Part shown: positions 1 through 8,864 of the stretch, piece by piece
How positions within the stretch are numbered: position 1 is the stretch's first letter
Layout: the number at the start of each line of letters is the position of its first letter
Assembly: GCA_965226795.1 (NCBI GenBank)
Contig: CBDDDZ010000005.1
Coordinates: 288,001 to 352,000, forward strand
Source of the DNA: Candidatus Latescibacterota bacterium
GTDB lineage: Bacteria; Latescibacterota; UBA2968; GCA-2709665
DNA: 64,000 nt
Direction: 5' to 3'
The notes under the pieces: generated by a model
What the model was told of the DNA's origin: nothing
The model's database searches: none
What the model saw: the letters and a program-made list of their open reading frames with translations, nothing else
Made by a program: the position numbers and the translations under genes

Positions 1-1
1 G

Positions 2-1099
2 GCGAATACCTATCGAACGGTCCTTGTGGGTTGCGGGGGGATGGGCCGCCAGCATCTGAAAATCCTTCGGGAGTTGCCCGAATTCGAGGTTGCGGGTGTT
101 TGTGATGTGTTTGCCGAAGCGCTCGAGCAGACAGGAAATACATACGGGGTGTCTTCACGTTTTTCGGACTTTGAGCGGATGTACGACGAAACGCGCCCCG
201 ATCTCGCCGTTGTGGCCACCCAGACCCGGGGGCATCGCGCGCCGGCCGTGGCCGCGCTGAAGCGAGGCATTTCCGTGCTTTGTGAGAAGCCGATCGCCAT
301 CGATCCTGCCGAGGCGGACGAGATGGTTGCGGCGGCTTCCGCATCGGGCGCGAAGCTTGCAATTAACCAGCAGAACCACGTGAGCTCGGCGATTCTGAAA
401 GCCCGGGACATGGTTCGCGGAGGGGAAATCGGGGAGGTCGTGATGGTGCGCGGCCGGAACAAGTGCGGGCGCCGGAGCGGAAACGAGTTTATGGAGATGG
501 GGACCCACGTGGCCGATATGATGATGCGCTTCGGCGGCGCGCCCGCCTGGTGTTCCGGCACCGTCTATTATCAGGGGCGCCTGGCGGACGTGAACGACAT
601 TATGGAAGCAAAGGAGATGTCGCCGAATGACCGCGATTCCGGACCGGTAATGGGCGACCGGGCAACGGCGCAGTACGGATTCGAGGGCGGCGTTCTGGGA
701 GAGATTCACTTTCTGGGATTCACAACGGGCATGGGCGAAAACTACGGCGTGGACGTTATCGGAACCGATGGGCAACTGTCGGTGCGTGCGTCAGGCAGTG
801 TAGCGGATGCGCTCTGGCGCCTTCCCAGACCGATGGAAGGGTTGCCCGGCGGCCATGGAGGCTGGAAGCCCGTCGTGTCCGGCGAATCGGAGGACGGAAA
901 CGCCATTGCCAGGATGTACCGCCGCGTGGCGGCAGCGATTGAATCAGGGACGGAACCGCCGTCGAGCGGCGAAGACGGTCGAACGGCTTTCGAGATGATT
1001 CTGGGCATTTATCAGTCACACAGGGAAGGCGGGCGCCGGGTCGCGTTGCCGCTCTCAGATCGTCGGCATCCCCTGGATGCGTGGCGAAGCGAAACTTAA
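2..1099 (+). CDS. Gfo/Idh/MocA family oxidoreductase (5' end at window edge)
   Basis: Frame is open from base 2 (ANTYRTVLVGCGGMG, Rossmann motif), CEKP motif, EMGTHVAD catalytic-region motif. The ATG probably lies just left of the window. Confidence 0.9.
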   Translation, partial: ANTYRTVLVGCGGMGRQHLKILRELPEFEVAGVCDVFAEALEQTGNTYGVSSRFSDFERMYDETRPDLAVVATQTRGHRAPAVAALKRGISVLCEKPIAIDPAEADEMVAAASASGAKLAINQQNHVSSAILKARDMVRGGEIGEVVMVRGRNKCGRRSGNEFMEMGTHVADMMMRFGGAPAWCSGTVYYQGRLADVNDIMEAKEMSPNDRDSGPVMGDRATAQYGFEGGVLGEIHFLGFTTGMGENYGVDVIGTDGQLSVRASGSVADALWRLPRPMEGLPGGHGGWKPVVSGESEDGNAIARMYRRVAAAIESGTEPPSSGEDGRTAFEMILGIYQSHREGGRRVALPLSDRRHPLDAWRSET

Positions 1100-1118
1100 G
1101 ATATGAGTCGGAATAGAC

Positions 1119-2192
1119 ATGCCGATTGCCGATAGCGTCAGGAAGGCCAGGGACGAACTGGATGCCCACGTGCGGGAAACCGTGGCCTGGCATTTCAATC
1201 CGGACACGGGCTGCCCGTTCTGGCTGGAATTCGCGGAGGGGCTGGATTTCGATCCGCGAAGGGAGATCGGCGGATTTTCGGATTTGAAGATTCTGGGACA
1301 CTTTCAGGACGACTGGCTGCGAGGCGGACCCGTACGCCGGTGGATACCCCGAGGAAGCGCAGGGAAGCGGACGTATGTTTTCGAGACCGGCGGATCCACC
1401 GGGGTGCCAAAATACCGGATAAGCCAGGACGACTTCCAGATCGACTATGAGATGTTCAGCAGGCACCTTTCAAACGAGACGTTTCCCAGGGGGGCGGACT
1501 GGCTGATGCTGGGTCCCACGGGACCGAGGCGGCTGCGGCTGGCGGTTGAATATCTGTGCCAGATCCGCGGCGGGATCTGTTTCGTGGTGGACCTGGATCC
1601 CCGGTGGGTGAATAAGCTGATCGTGCGTGGCGCGCTCCAGGAACTGGACCTCTACAAAGCGCACGTGATCGACCAGGCGCTGACCATTTTGCGGGCGAAC
1701 GACAATGTGAAGTGTATGTTTACAACCCCGAAGCTTCTCGAAGCGATCTGCGAAAAGATTTCGTTGGAAAAGGTCGGGATATCGGGGATTTTCTGCGGTG
1801 GGACCGAGATGGACGCGCAATTCAACCGATTCGCCAGGGAGGAATTGGTTCCCGGTATCGATTTCGTGCCCACATACGGAAATACATTGATGGGATTGGC
1901 TTATTCCAAGCCGCTGGAGCCCGCGGACAATTACGCCATTACCTATTATCCGCCGGTGCCCAGGGCGGTTATCGAGTTGGCGGACCCCGAAAATCCTGAC
2001 GAACTGGTGGATTATAACGCCGTTGGCCGGGTGATGTTGACGACGCTGACCCGGGAGTTTTTCATGCCGAGATTTCTGGAACGGGACCAGGGAGAGCGGG
2101 CGGAACCGAGCGAGGCGTTTCCGGTGGACGGGGTACGGAATCTGGGTCTGTTCTCCGAGATGCAGGAGTCGGTCGTCGTCGGGGTTTACTAG
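1119..2192 (+). CDS. GriC/EhpF-like adenylate-forming enzyme (short ANL family, arylcarboxylate-activating)
   Basis: N-terminal WHFNPDTGCPFW, P-loop FETGGSTGVPK, YGNTLMG and RFLERD motifs typical of EhpF/GriC-type proteins. Only 357 aa. Confidence 0.75.
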   Translation: MPIADSVRKARDELDAHVRETVAWHFNPDTGCPFWLEFAEGLDFDPRREIGGFSDLKILGHFQDDWLRGGPVRRWIPRGSAGKRTYVFETGGSTGVPKYRISQDDFQIDYEMFSRHLSNETFPRGADWLMLGPTGPRRLRLAVEYLCQIRGGICFVVDLDPRWVNKLIVRGALQELDLYKAHVIDQALTILRANDNVKCMFTTPKLLEAICEKISLEKVGISGIFCGGTEMDAQFNRFAREELVPGIDFVPTYGNTLMGLAYSKPLEPADNYAITYYPPVPRAVIELADPENPDELVDYNAVGRVMLTTLTREFFMPRFLERDQGERAEPSEAFPVDGVRNLGLFSEMQESVVVGVY

Positions 2193-2281
2193 GCGGCCCG
2201 CTGCCGCTGTTGTCCAGTGGGGCCGAACGACGGGAACCCCGTCTCGCGTCCGGATTACGGAGAACGCACCAGGAGGATGGC

Positions 2282-3706
2282 GTGACGCATATACCGGTCT
2301 TACGCGCGGGAAAGCCCTATACGAGTCTGGACGTTCAGGAAGTTCCGCACGTCCGGACCGGGGAATCCATGGTCCGGGTCAGCCAGGCGAATCCGGGACT
2401 GATCGCGAGGGATCTCAACGCCGCGCCGGCGAACAAACGGAACCTGGAAGCGTTGAGCGTTTCCGATCTGGTAACCGTAACCCGGAAGGCTGGCGGGTTT
2501 TTCGCGGATGCGGTTCTTCCGCTGGATAAGGAACCTCAATCTCCTGAGGACTACGTCCGGCAGGTTTCGGGGACAACGGGAATACCCGAAGCCCTTTGCC
2601 GGGCGAACATGGGAAAAATCCGGCTGGTTTGCAGCCAGATCGACGAAGTGCTCGGCGGGTTGACGCGTGACCTGGATCTGTCGGTTCTGGATGGGGGGTG
2701 GAACCCTCGTAGCGGTCGGCCATTGAGCTATCTGTGCCAGACCGATGCGCTGGGCGCCGTGTTGCCGAGCAATTCGCCAGGAGTGCATTCGCTCTGGGTT
2801 CCGGCGATTTCACTGAAGGTGCCCCTGGTATTGAAGCCCGGGCGGGAGGATCCCTGGACCCCGTATCGGATTGCACAGGCATTTTTTGCCGCAGGATGCC
2901 CGGTCGAAGCGTTCGGCATCTACCCGACCGCCCACGCCGGCGCCAATGAAATTCTTTTGCGGTGCGGGCGCTCGCTGTTATTCGGCGGAGGGGCCACGGT
3001 GGCGCCGTGGCGCAACGATCCACGGATCTCGATTCACGGCCCCGGCCGGAGCAAGGTGATTCTTGGTGAAGACCTGGTCGACCGCTGGGAAGATTATCTG
3101 GATGTGATCCTCGTTTCGATAACTGCAAACGGCGGGCGGTCGTGCATCAATGCTTCAGGCGTGTGGACGCCAGCGTACGGACGGGAGATTGCCGAGGCGC
3201 TCGCGTGCCGGCTTGCGGGGATCGGAGCCCGGCCGCTCGACGATCCGGAAGCGCAGCTTGCCGCGTTTGCCAATCCCGCGGCCGCGGTTCAGGTTTCAAA
3301 TACGATTGACGTGCACCTGGGAAACGGCGGCGCAAAGGACCTGACAGCGGACTTGCGTCGGAACCGGCTCGAGGAAATAGACGGCCTCACGTTTTTGAAT
3401 CCCACGCTGGTGTGGTGTGAGTCTCCCGAACACCCGCTGGCGAATACGGAGTTCCTGTTCCCTTACGCGAGCGTGGTCGAAGTGCCGCAGTCGGACGTGC
3501 ACAACCGGATCGGGCCGAGCCTGGTGGTGACCGCATTGACGGAAGACGAAGCCCTGATCAGTCAGTTGCTGAGTTCACCTCACGTGGAAAGACTGAACCT
3601 CGGGCCGATTCCCACGAACCGGATTTCCTGGGACCAGCCTCACGAAGGCAATTTGTTCGAACATCTCTACCGGCAGCGGGCCTTTCAGTTCGCGCGGGGA
3701 GCGTAG
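2282..3706 (+). CDS. Aldehyde dehydrogenase-fold protein, GriD/EhpG-like acyl reductase
   Basis: LPSNSPG, LKPG, catalytic Cys in GRSCINAS, EFLFP. HGPGRSK replaces ELGGK. GTG start at 2282 after AGGAGG (2271-2276). Confidence 0.8.
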   Translation: MTHIPVLRAGKPYTSLDVQEVPHVRTGESMVRVSQANPGLIARDLNAAPANKRNLEALSVSDLVTVTRKAGGFFADAVLPLDKEPQSPEDYVRQVSGTTGIPEALCRANMGKIRLVCSQIDEVLGGLTRDLDLSVLDGGWNPRSGRPLSYLCQTDALGAVLPSNSPGVHSLWVPAISLKVPLVLKPGREDPWTPYRIAQAFFAAGCPVEAFGIYPTAHAGANEILLRCGRSLLFGGGATVAPWRNDPRISIHGPGRSKVILGEDLVDRWEDYLDVILVSITANGGRSCINASGVWTPAYGREIAEALACRLAGIGARPLDDPEAQLAAFANPAAAVQVSNTIDVHLGNGGAKDLTADLRRNRLEEIDGLTFLNPTLVWCESPEHPLANTEFLFPYASVVEVPQSDVHNRIGPSLVVTALTEDEALISQLLSSPHVERLNLGPIPTNRISWDQPHEGNLFEHLYRQRAFQFARGA

Positions 3707-3716
3707 AATCCTTCGG

Positions 3717-4832
3717 ATGGAACCCTTCGACCTTCATCCTGCGCCGCGAGTGATATTCGGGGAAGGCGCACTGGGGCAACTTGGGGACCTGGCGGATGTA
3801 CTGGGTGGAAGGCGGATTCTGCTCGTTACCGATCCCGGAATTGTCAACGCGGGCATCGCGGAAAGGGCATCGGCGCTGCTGCAGCGCGGGAACCGAGACG
3901 CCTTCCTGTTCGACGGGGCTGGCGAAAACCCCACAACGGCACACGTGGACGCGGGGGTGGAGGTTGCCGCGGCGCATGGCGGCATCGGTCTCATTGTGGG
4001 CCTGGGGGGCGGCAGCGCGATGGATTGCGCCAAGGGGATTAATTTCATCCTCACCAATGGCGGGCGGATCGAAGACTACCGGGGAATGGGCAGGGCGGCG
4101 CGCCCGATGTTGCCCTCGATCGGCGTTCCCACAACCGCGGGGACAGGCAGCGAGGCGCAGTCCTACGCGTTGATCGCCAGGGCGGATACTCACGAGAAGA
4201 TGGCTTGCGGAGACCTCAAGGCGAGGTTTCGAGGCGTCATCCTGGATCCCGCGCTCACATCGAGCGTTCCAAGACATGTGGCTGCCGCTTCGGGTATCGA
4301 TGCCATCGCGCATGCTGTGGAGAGTTACGTAAGTACGCGGCGGAACGCGGTGTCGCGCATGTACGCGATGGAGGCGTGGCGGTTGCTCGCATCGGGATTC
4401 GAAGGGGCGTTGGAGCCGACGGCAGGCCCGGACGCCAGGGCCGCCATGCTTCTGGGCGCGCATTTCGCAGGGGCGGCTATCGAGAATGCAATGCTGGGTG
4501 CCGCCCACGCGTGCGCCAATCCGCTGACGGCTCGGTACGGCATCACGCACGGCGTCGCGGTGGGCCTGATGCTTCCGTCAGTGATCCGGTTCAACGGGGA
4601 AACGGATGGGGCGCTCTACGAAGGACTTGGGTTGACGGCCGGGGCGCTCGCCGAGCAGATCGTCCGATTCAGACACACGGCGAATCTGCCCGGACGCCTG
4701 TGTGAACTTGGGGTTGGCCGGGATCGGCTGCCGGAGCTGGCGGCGGAGGCGGCAAACCAGTGGACGGGGACATTCAATCCGCGGCCGGTCCGCGAGGCCG
4801 AATACCTGGCGTTATATGAAGAGGCGTATTGA
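3717..4832 (+). CDS. Iron-containing alcohol dehydrogenase
   Basis: GGGSAMDCAK, PTTAGTGSE, DAIAHAVE, HACAN and ITHG metal-ligand motifs. Confidence 0.93.
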   Translation: MEPFDLHPAPRVIFGEGALGQLGDLADVLGGRRILLVTDPGIVNAGIAERASALLQRGNRDAFLFDGAGENPTTAHVDAGVEVAAAHGGIGLIVGLGGGSAMDCAKGINFILTNGGRIEDYRGMGRAARPMLPSIGVPTTAGTGSEAQSYALIARADTHEKMACGDLKARFRGVILDPALTSSVPRHVAAASGIDAIAHAVESYVSTRRNAVSRMYAMEAWRLLASGFEGALEPTAGPDARAAMLLGAHFAGAAIENAMLGAAHACANPLTARYGITHGVAVGLMLPSVIRFNGETDGALYEGLGLTAGALAEQIVRFRHTANLPGRLCELGVGRDRLPELAAEAANQWTGTFNPRPVREAEYLALYEEAY

Positions 4833-5973
4833 GTTTCGGGCCTGGCGGCAGACGAGACGCATTGAGGGCGTCTTTCTTTTCTTCTGCCTATTGCACGTAA
4901 TGGTTCCCGTCTGCGTTGCCGGCGAGGCGGCCTGGCCGCGGTTTCGTGGCGACGCACAATCCACCGGACTTGCGCAGGGATCGCTGCCCGATAGCCTGGT
5001 GGTTGTGTGGACCGCCCGCGTACCGGTGGGAATCGAGTCCACGGCGGCGATCTGGCGGGGTACGGTGTATGTGGGCGGGCTGGACGGCAAACTTCATGCA
5101 TTTGATCTGGACGGTGGCGGATTGAAGTGGACGTATACGGCCCGGGGGGAAGTCAAGTCGTCTCCGATGGTTGCCGACGGCGCCGTTTTTTTTGGTGATG
5201 GCGGCGGCGGGTTCCACGCCGTGGAGGCGGGAACGGGGAGAGGGATCTGGATGTTCCGGACAGGGGGGGAGATCATTTCTTCGGCCACGGGGGATGGAGC
5301 CCGGGTGTTGTTTGGATCTTATGACCAGTTCCTTTACTGCCTCGCAACGAAGGACGGTTCGTTGTTGTGGAAATTGGAGACGGGCGGATACGTCCACGGA
5401 ACGCCGGCCCTCGTGGGCGGACGGGCGGTTGTCGCGGGGTGCGACGGTCTGATGCGGTTGGTGAACGTGGCCGATGGGGTTGAAGTCTCAAATGTGGTCG
5501 TGTACGACTACGTCGCGTCGAGTGTCGCGGTGCACAACGGACGCGCCTACCTGGGTAATTTCGGAAGCCAGGTCCTGGGTGTGGATCTGTCGGCGACGAA
5601 GGTCGTGTGGCGGTACGAGCATCCCAGCCGCAAGCATCCTTACTACGCCTCAGCAGCGGTGACCGACACGCGCGTGATCGTGGCCGGGCGAGACAAAATG
5701 GTGCGTGCGCTGAATCCGGACACGGGCGCGTTGTTGTGGATACGCTCGTTCCGTTCTCGCATCGATTCCTCGCCGGTGGTCGCGGGAAATCGTGTTTTTG
5801 TGGGGACAACAGGGGGACGGGTTCTGGCGCTGGATTTAAATACGGGCGAAGAGGAATGGGAATTCGTAACCGGTTCGGAAATCCTGGCCTCGCCCAGCGT
5901 GGCCGGCGGCAGACTCGTGATAGGTGCGACCGACGGGACCCTTTATTGCTTTGGGAGTGAAACGAAAAAATGA
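4816..5973 (+). CDS. Secreted PQQ-like (BamB-fold) beta-propeller protein
   Basis: Hydrophobic leader, WPRFRGDAQSTG, repeated SSP..VFVG..G.L.A.D..TG...W blades. Start uncertain (ATG at 4816 chosen). Confidence 0.85.
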   Translation: MKRRIEFRAWRQTRRIEGVFLFFCLLHVMVPVCVAGEAAWPRFRGDAQSTGLAQGSLPDSLVVVWTARVPVGIESTAAIWRGTVYVGGLDGKLHAFDLDGGGLKWTYTARGEVKSSPMVADGAVFFGDGGGGFHAVEAGTGRGIWMFRTGGEIISSATGDGARVLFGSYDQFLYCLATKDGSLLWKLETGGYVHGTPALVGGRAVVAGCDGLMRLVNVADGVEVSNVVVYDYVASSVAVHNGRAYLGNFGSQVLGVDLSATKVVWRYEHPSRKHPYYASAAVTDTRVIVAGRDKMVRALNPDTGALLWIRSFRSRIDSSPVVAGNRVFVGTTGGRVLALDLNTGEEEWEFVTGSEILASPSVAGGRLVIGATDGTLYCFGSETKK

Positions 5974-7316
5974 CTGAACAAGTTCACGTTCCGGAACCTG
6001 CAACCTCCAGGAAAGATTGGAAGGAAACACAGGTCGGCAGTGTGTTCGTTTCCAACTATCCGCCCTATTCGTTCTGGCAGGATGAGCACAACCAGCAGGT
6101 CGTGGATATGCTGCACACGGCGGATCCGTCGGCGAGGCGGGTGCCGCTTGGTCTGTACCTGCATATCCCATTCTGCAGGAAGCGGTGCAAGTTCTGCTAT
6201 TTCCGGGTGTATACGGATCGCAACAGTTCGGAGATCCAGGTCTATCTGGACGCGCTGGCCAGAGAGGTGGAATATTACGCCGGCCTGCCCAGAATTGCCG
6301 GACGCAGCTTGCAATTCGTCTACTTCGGAGGAGGGACGCCGTCTTATATCAGTGTGAGACACCTGAAGGCGCTGGTGGATCGATTGAAAGCCGTAATGAC
6401 CTGGGACGGCGCCGAAGAGGTGGCGTTCGAGTGCGAACCTGGCACGTTGTCCCGGCCCAAGGTGGACGCCATACGCGAGATCGGCGTGACGCGGTTGAGC
6501 CTGGGATTGGAGAACCTGAATGACGGGATTCTGAGAGAGAACGGCCGCGCGCACGTCGGCAAAGAGATATACGAGGCCATGGGTTGGGTGAAATCACAGG
6601 AATTCGCGCAGGTGAACGTGGACCTGATTTCGGGGATGGTGGGCGAGGCGTGGCAGACTTGGAAGGAAACGGTGCAGGGCACCATTGACCTGGACGCGGA
6701 CAGCGTAACCATCTATCAGATGGAACTTCCGTTCAATACCACGTATTCCAGGTCGATCCTGGATGGGAGAAGACTGAGCGTCGCCGATTGGGAGACGAAG
6801 CGTGCGTGGCATGCCTATGCGATTGACGCGTTCGAGGCCGCGGGCTACGAGACGTCGAGCGCCTATACGCTCGTAAAGAAGGGTCGATTGAAGCGGTTTG
6901 TCTATCGTGACGCGCTCTGGCGCAGCGCGGATCTGATCGGCGCGGGAGTCGCGTCGTTTTCTCACGTGGGCGGGATTCACTTTCAGAATCACACGCAGTG
7001 GGACCCCTATGTCGAGGCCTGCCGGCAGGAGCGGTTGCCGCTGAACAGGTCCTTTGTTCCTACCGACGAGGAGCGTCTGGTTCGCGAGATGATCCTGCAG
7101 CTCAAGCTCGGAAGGATCGAATCCGGATATTTCAAGGAAAAATTCGGCGTGAATATCCTCGAACGGTTCAGCGAGGCCTACCGGAGGCTGAGGAAATTGG
7201 GCATGTTGGATTTCGACGCACGGGAGGTCAGGTTGAGTCGTGAGGGGTTGTTGCGGGTCGACCAGCTGTTGCCGGAGTTCTATCACGAGCGTTATCGCAA
7301 TTCAAGGTACACCTGA
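5970..7316 (+). CDS. HemN-like (class C) radical SAM enzyme
   Basis: YLHIPFCRKRCKFC (CxxxCxxC), YFGGGTPS, RLSLG, NVDLI. ATGA overlap with the upstream gene. Confidence 0.9.
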   Translation: MTEQVHVPEPATSRKDWKETQVGSVFVSNYPPYSFWQDEHNQQVVDMLHTADPSARRVPLGLYLHIPFCRKRCKFCYFRVYTDRNSSEIQVYLDALAREVEYYAGLPRIAGRSLQFVYFGGGTPSYISVRHLKALVDRLKAVMTWDGAEEVAFECEPGTLSRPKVDAIREIGVTRLSLGLENLNDGILRENGRAHVGKEIYEAMGWVKSQEFAQVNVDLISGMVGEAWQTWKETVQGTIDLDADSVTIYQMELPFNTTYSRSILDGRRLSVADWETKRAWHAYAIDAFEAAGYETSSAYTLVKKGRLKRFVYRDALWRSADLIGAGVASFSHVGGIHFQNHTQWDPYVEACRQERLPLNRSFVPTDEERLVREMILQLKLGRIESGYFKEKFGVNILERFSEAYRRLRKLGMLDFDAREVRLSREGLLRVDQLLPEFYHERYRNSRYT

Positions 7317-7329
7317 ATCCTGGTCTGGC

Positions 7330-7545
7330 ACCCTGAGCGTGCGGTCCCTTAGCCGGGTCCCTGAGCCGCCCCATGAGCTTGCGGTCCCTGAGCCTGTCGA
7401 AGGGTCGAAGGACTGTCGAAGGGTAGCGAAACGCGGGCGCTTCGACAAGCTCAGCGTACACATTTCGACAAACTCGCTTCGACAAGCTCAACGCACGCAT
7501 TGACCACGCTTCGACACGCTCAGCGTCCACACCTCGACAGACTCT
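7330..7545. repeat. Cluster of REP-like palindromic units (CCCTGAGCCTGTCGAAGGG / CTTCGACAAGCTCAG family)
   Basis: Units at 7386-7404, 7438-7456, 7475-7493 and 7507-7525. The same family occurs at 30603-30663 and 32394-32453. Confidence 0.8.
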
Positions 7546-7616
7546 CCGCAATGACGGTCCACCGCACGGTCATTCGCGTGGCTGGTGGGTCCGTGCAGGT
7601 CCGAAAAGGAGAACGC

Positions 7617-8837
7617 ATGGTACGTGGAATTGCCGCATTGGCCGCGGTATTGTTCCTGTCTGGCGTCCAATCCGTCCACGCGGACTGGCCGCAGTGGTTG
7701 GGGCCGGATCGGACCGGCGTCTCGCAGGAAACCGGATTTCTGAAGGCCTGGCCGCAGGCCGGCCCGGGTGTTGTCTGGAAGAAGAATCTTGGCGAGGGGT
7801 TTTCGGGGATTTCGGTGGCGAATGGCCGTGTATTCACCATGTTTGCCGCGGGGGCCGATGAGTTTGTCGTCTGTCTGAATGAGGAATCGGGCGCTGAAAT
7901 TTGGCGGGTCAGGACCGGGGGGAGCTTCAAGGAGTGGCAGGGGGGCAACGGACCGCGTTCACAGCCGACGGTAGATGGAGAACGGGTCTATGTCCTTGGC
8001 GCGGAGGGCTGGTTGTACGCGTTGAACGTTGAGAACGGCGAAAGGATATGGGCCGTGGATCTGGTCGACGGTCTGGGCGGCCGGTTCCCACGGTTCGGAT
8101 TTTCGACTTCGCCGCTGGTGGAAGGCGACCTGTTGTTCCTGGAGGCGAATACACCGTCGGGCACATTTCTGGCGATGTACAAGGACAGCGGTAAACTCAA
8201 ATGGGCGTCTCAAAGCGACGTGCCGTCTTATTCATCGCCCATTGTCCTGGATCTCGCGGGCGTGCGGCAGGTGGTCTATTTTTCGGGTGAGGCCGTGGTC
8301 GGGCTTTCACCGGTGGACGGCACCCTCTATTGGCGGTTCCCATGGAGGACGTCGTACGATCTGAATATTGCCACACCCGTTTTTGTACCTCCGGATCAGA
8401 TCTTTATATCGTCGGGCTACGATCATGGCGCAGCTTTACTGCGGATTGAGGCAGGGAGCGGCGGGATAGCGGCCGCCAGAGTTTGGGAGAACCGGCGGAT
8501 GAAGAATCATTTCGGCACATCCGTGTTGATCGGGGACTATATTTATGGATTCGACAATGCCATCCTCAAATGTATCGAGGCCCGGACCGGAAAAGAGCAA
8601 TGGAAGCACCGTGGGTATGGCAAGGGCTCGTTGATCTATGGAGACGGGCATCTCATCATTTTGAGCGACAACGGCAGGCTTGCCCTGGCGTTAGCTTCGC
8701 CTGAAGGATTTCGGGAGAAGGCCGGTGTGCAGGTGCTTACCGGCCGAAGCTGGACTGGGCCAACCCTGGCCAATGGCCGTGTATTTGTGCGGGATATGCG
8801 AAAAATCGTCTGCCTGGATCTCGGGCCGGGCGGATAG
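7617..8837 (+). CDS. Secreted PQQ-like beta-propeller protein
   Basis: AAAGGAG RBS, signal peptide ending VHA-D, WPQWLGPDRTG, SYSSP blade motifs. Confidence 0.87.
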   Translation: MVRGIAALAAVLFLSGVQSVHADWPQWLGPDRTGVSQETGFLKAWPQAGPGVVWKKNLGEGFSGISVANGRVFTMFAAGADEFVVCLNEESGAEIWRVRTGGSFKEWQGGNGPRSQPTVDGERVYVLGAEGWLYALNVENGERIWAVDLVDGLGGRFPRFGFSTSPLVEGDLLFLEANTPSGTFLAMYKDSGKLKWASQSDVPSYSSPIVLDLAGVRQVVYFSGEAVVGLSPVDGTLYWRFPWRTSYDLNIATPVFVPPDQIFISSGYDHGAALLRIEAGSGGIAAARVWENRRMKNHFGTSVLIGDYIYGFDNAILKCIEARTGKEQWKHRGYGKGSLIYGDGHLIILSDNGRLALALASPEGFREKAGVQVLTGRSWTGPTLANGRVFVRDMRKIVCLDLGPGG

Positions 8838-8864
8838 ATTGGAATGTGGAGAGGAAATAGCGTG

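Noticed and set aside
1119..3706. Phenazine biosynthesis cluster
   Set aside because: An EhpF/EhpG-like pair is present, but there are no phzA/B/D/E/F/G core genes in the window.
4816..5973. bamB or a PQQ alcohol dehydrogenase
   Set aside because: No lipobox, no der/hisS context, too short for a quinoprotein ADH, and lacking its Cys-Cys motif.
5970..7316. Naming the gene hemN
   Set aside because: The fold is shared by many non-heme enzymes and the context has no tetrapyrrole genes.
7330..7545. CRISPR array
   Set aside because: Units are degenerate, in both orientations and irregularly spaced, and there are no cas genes.
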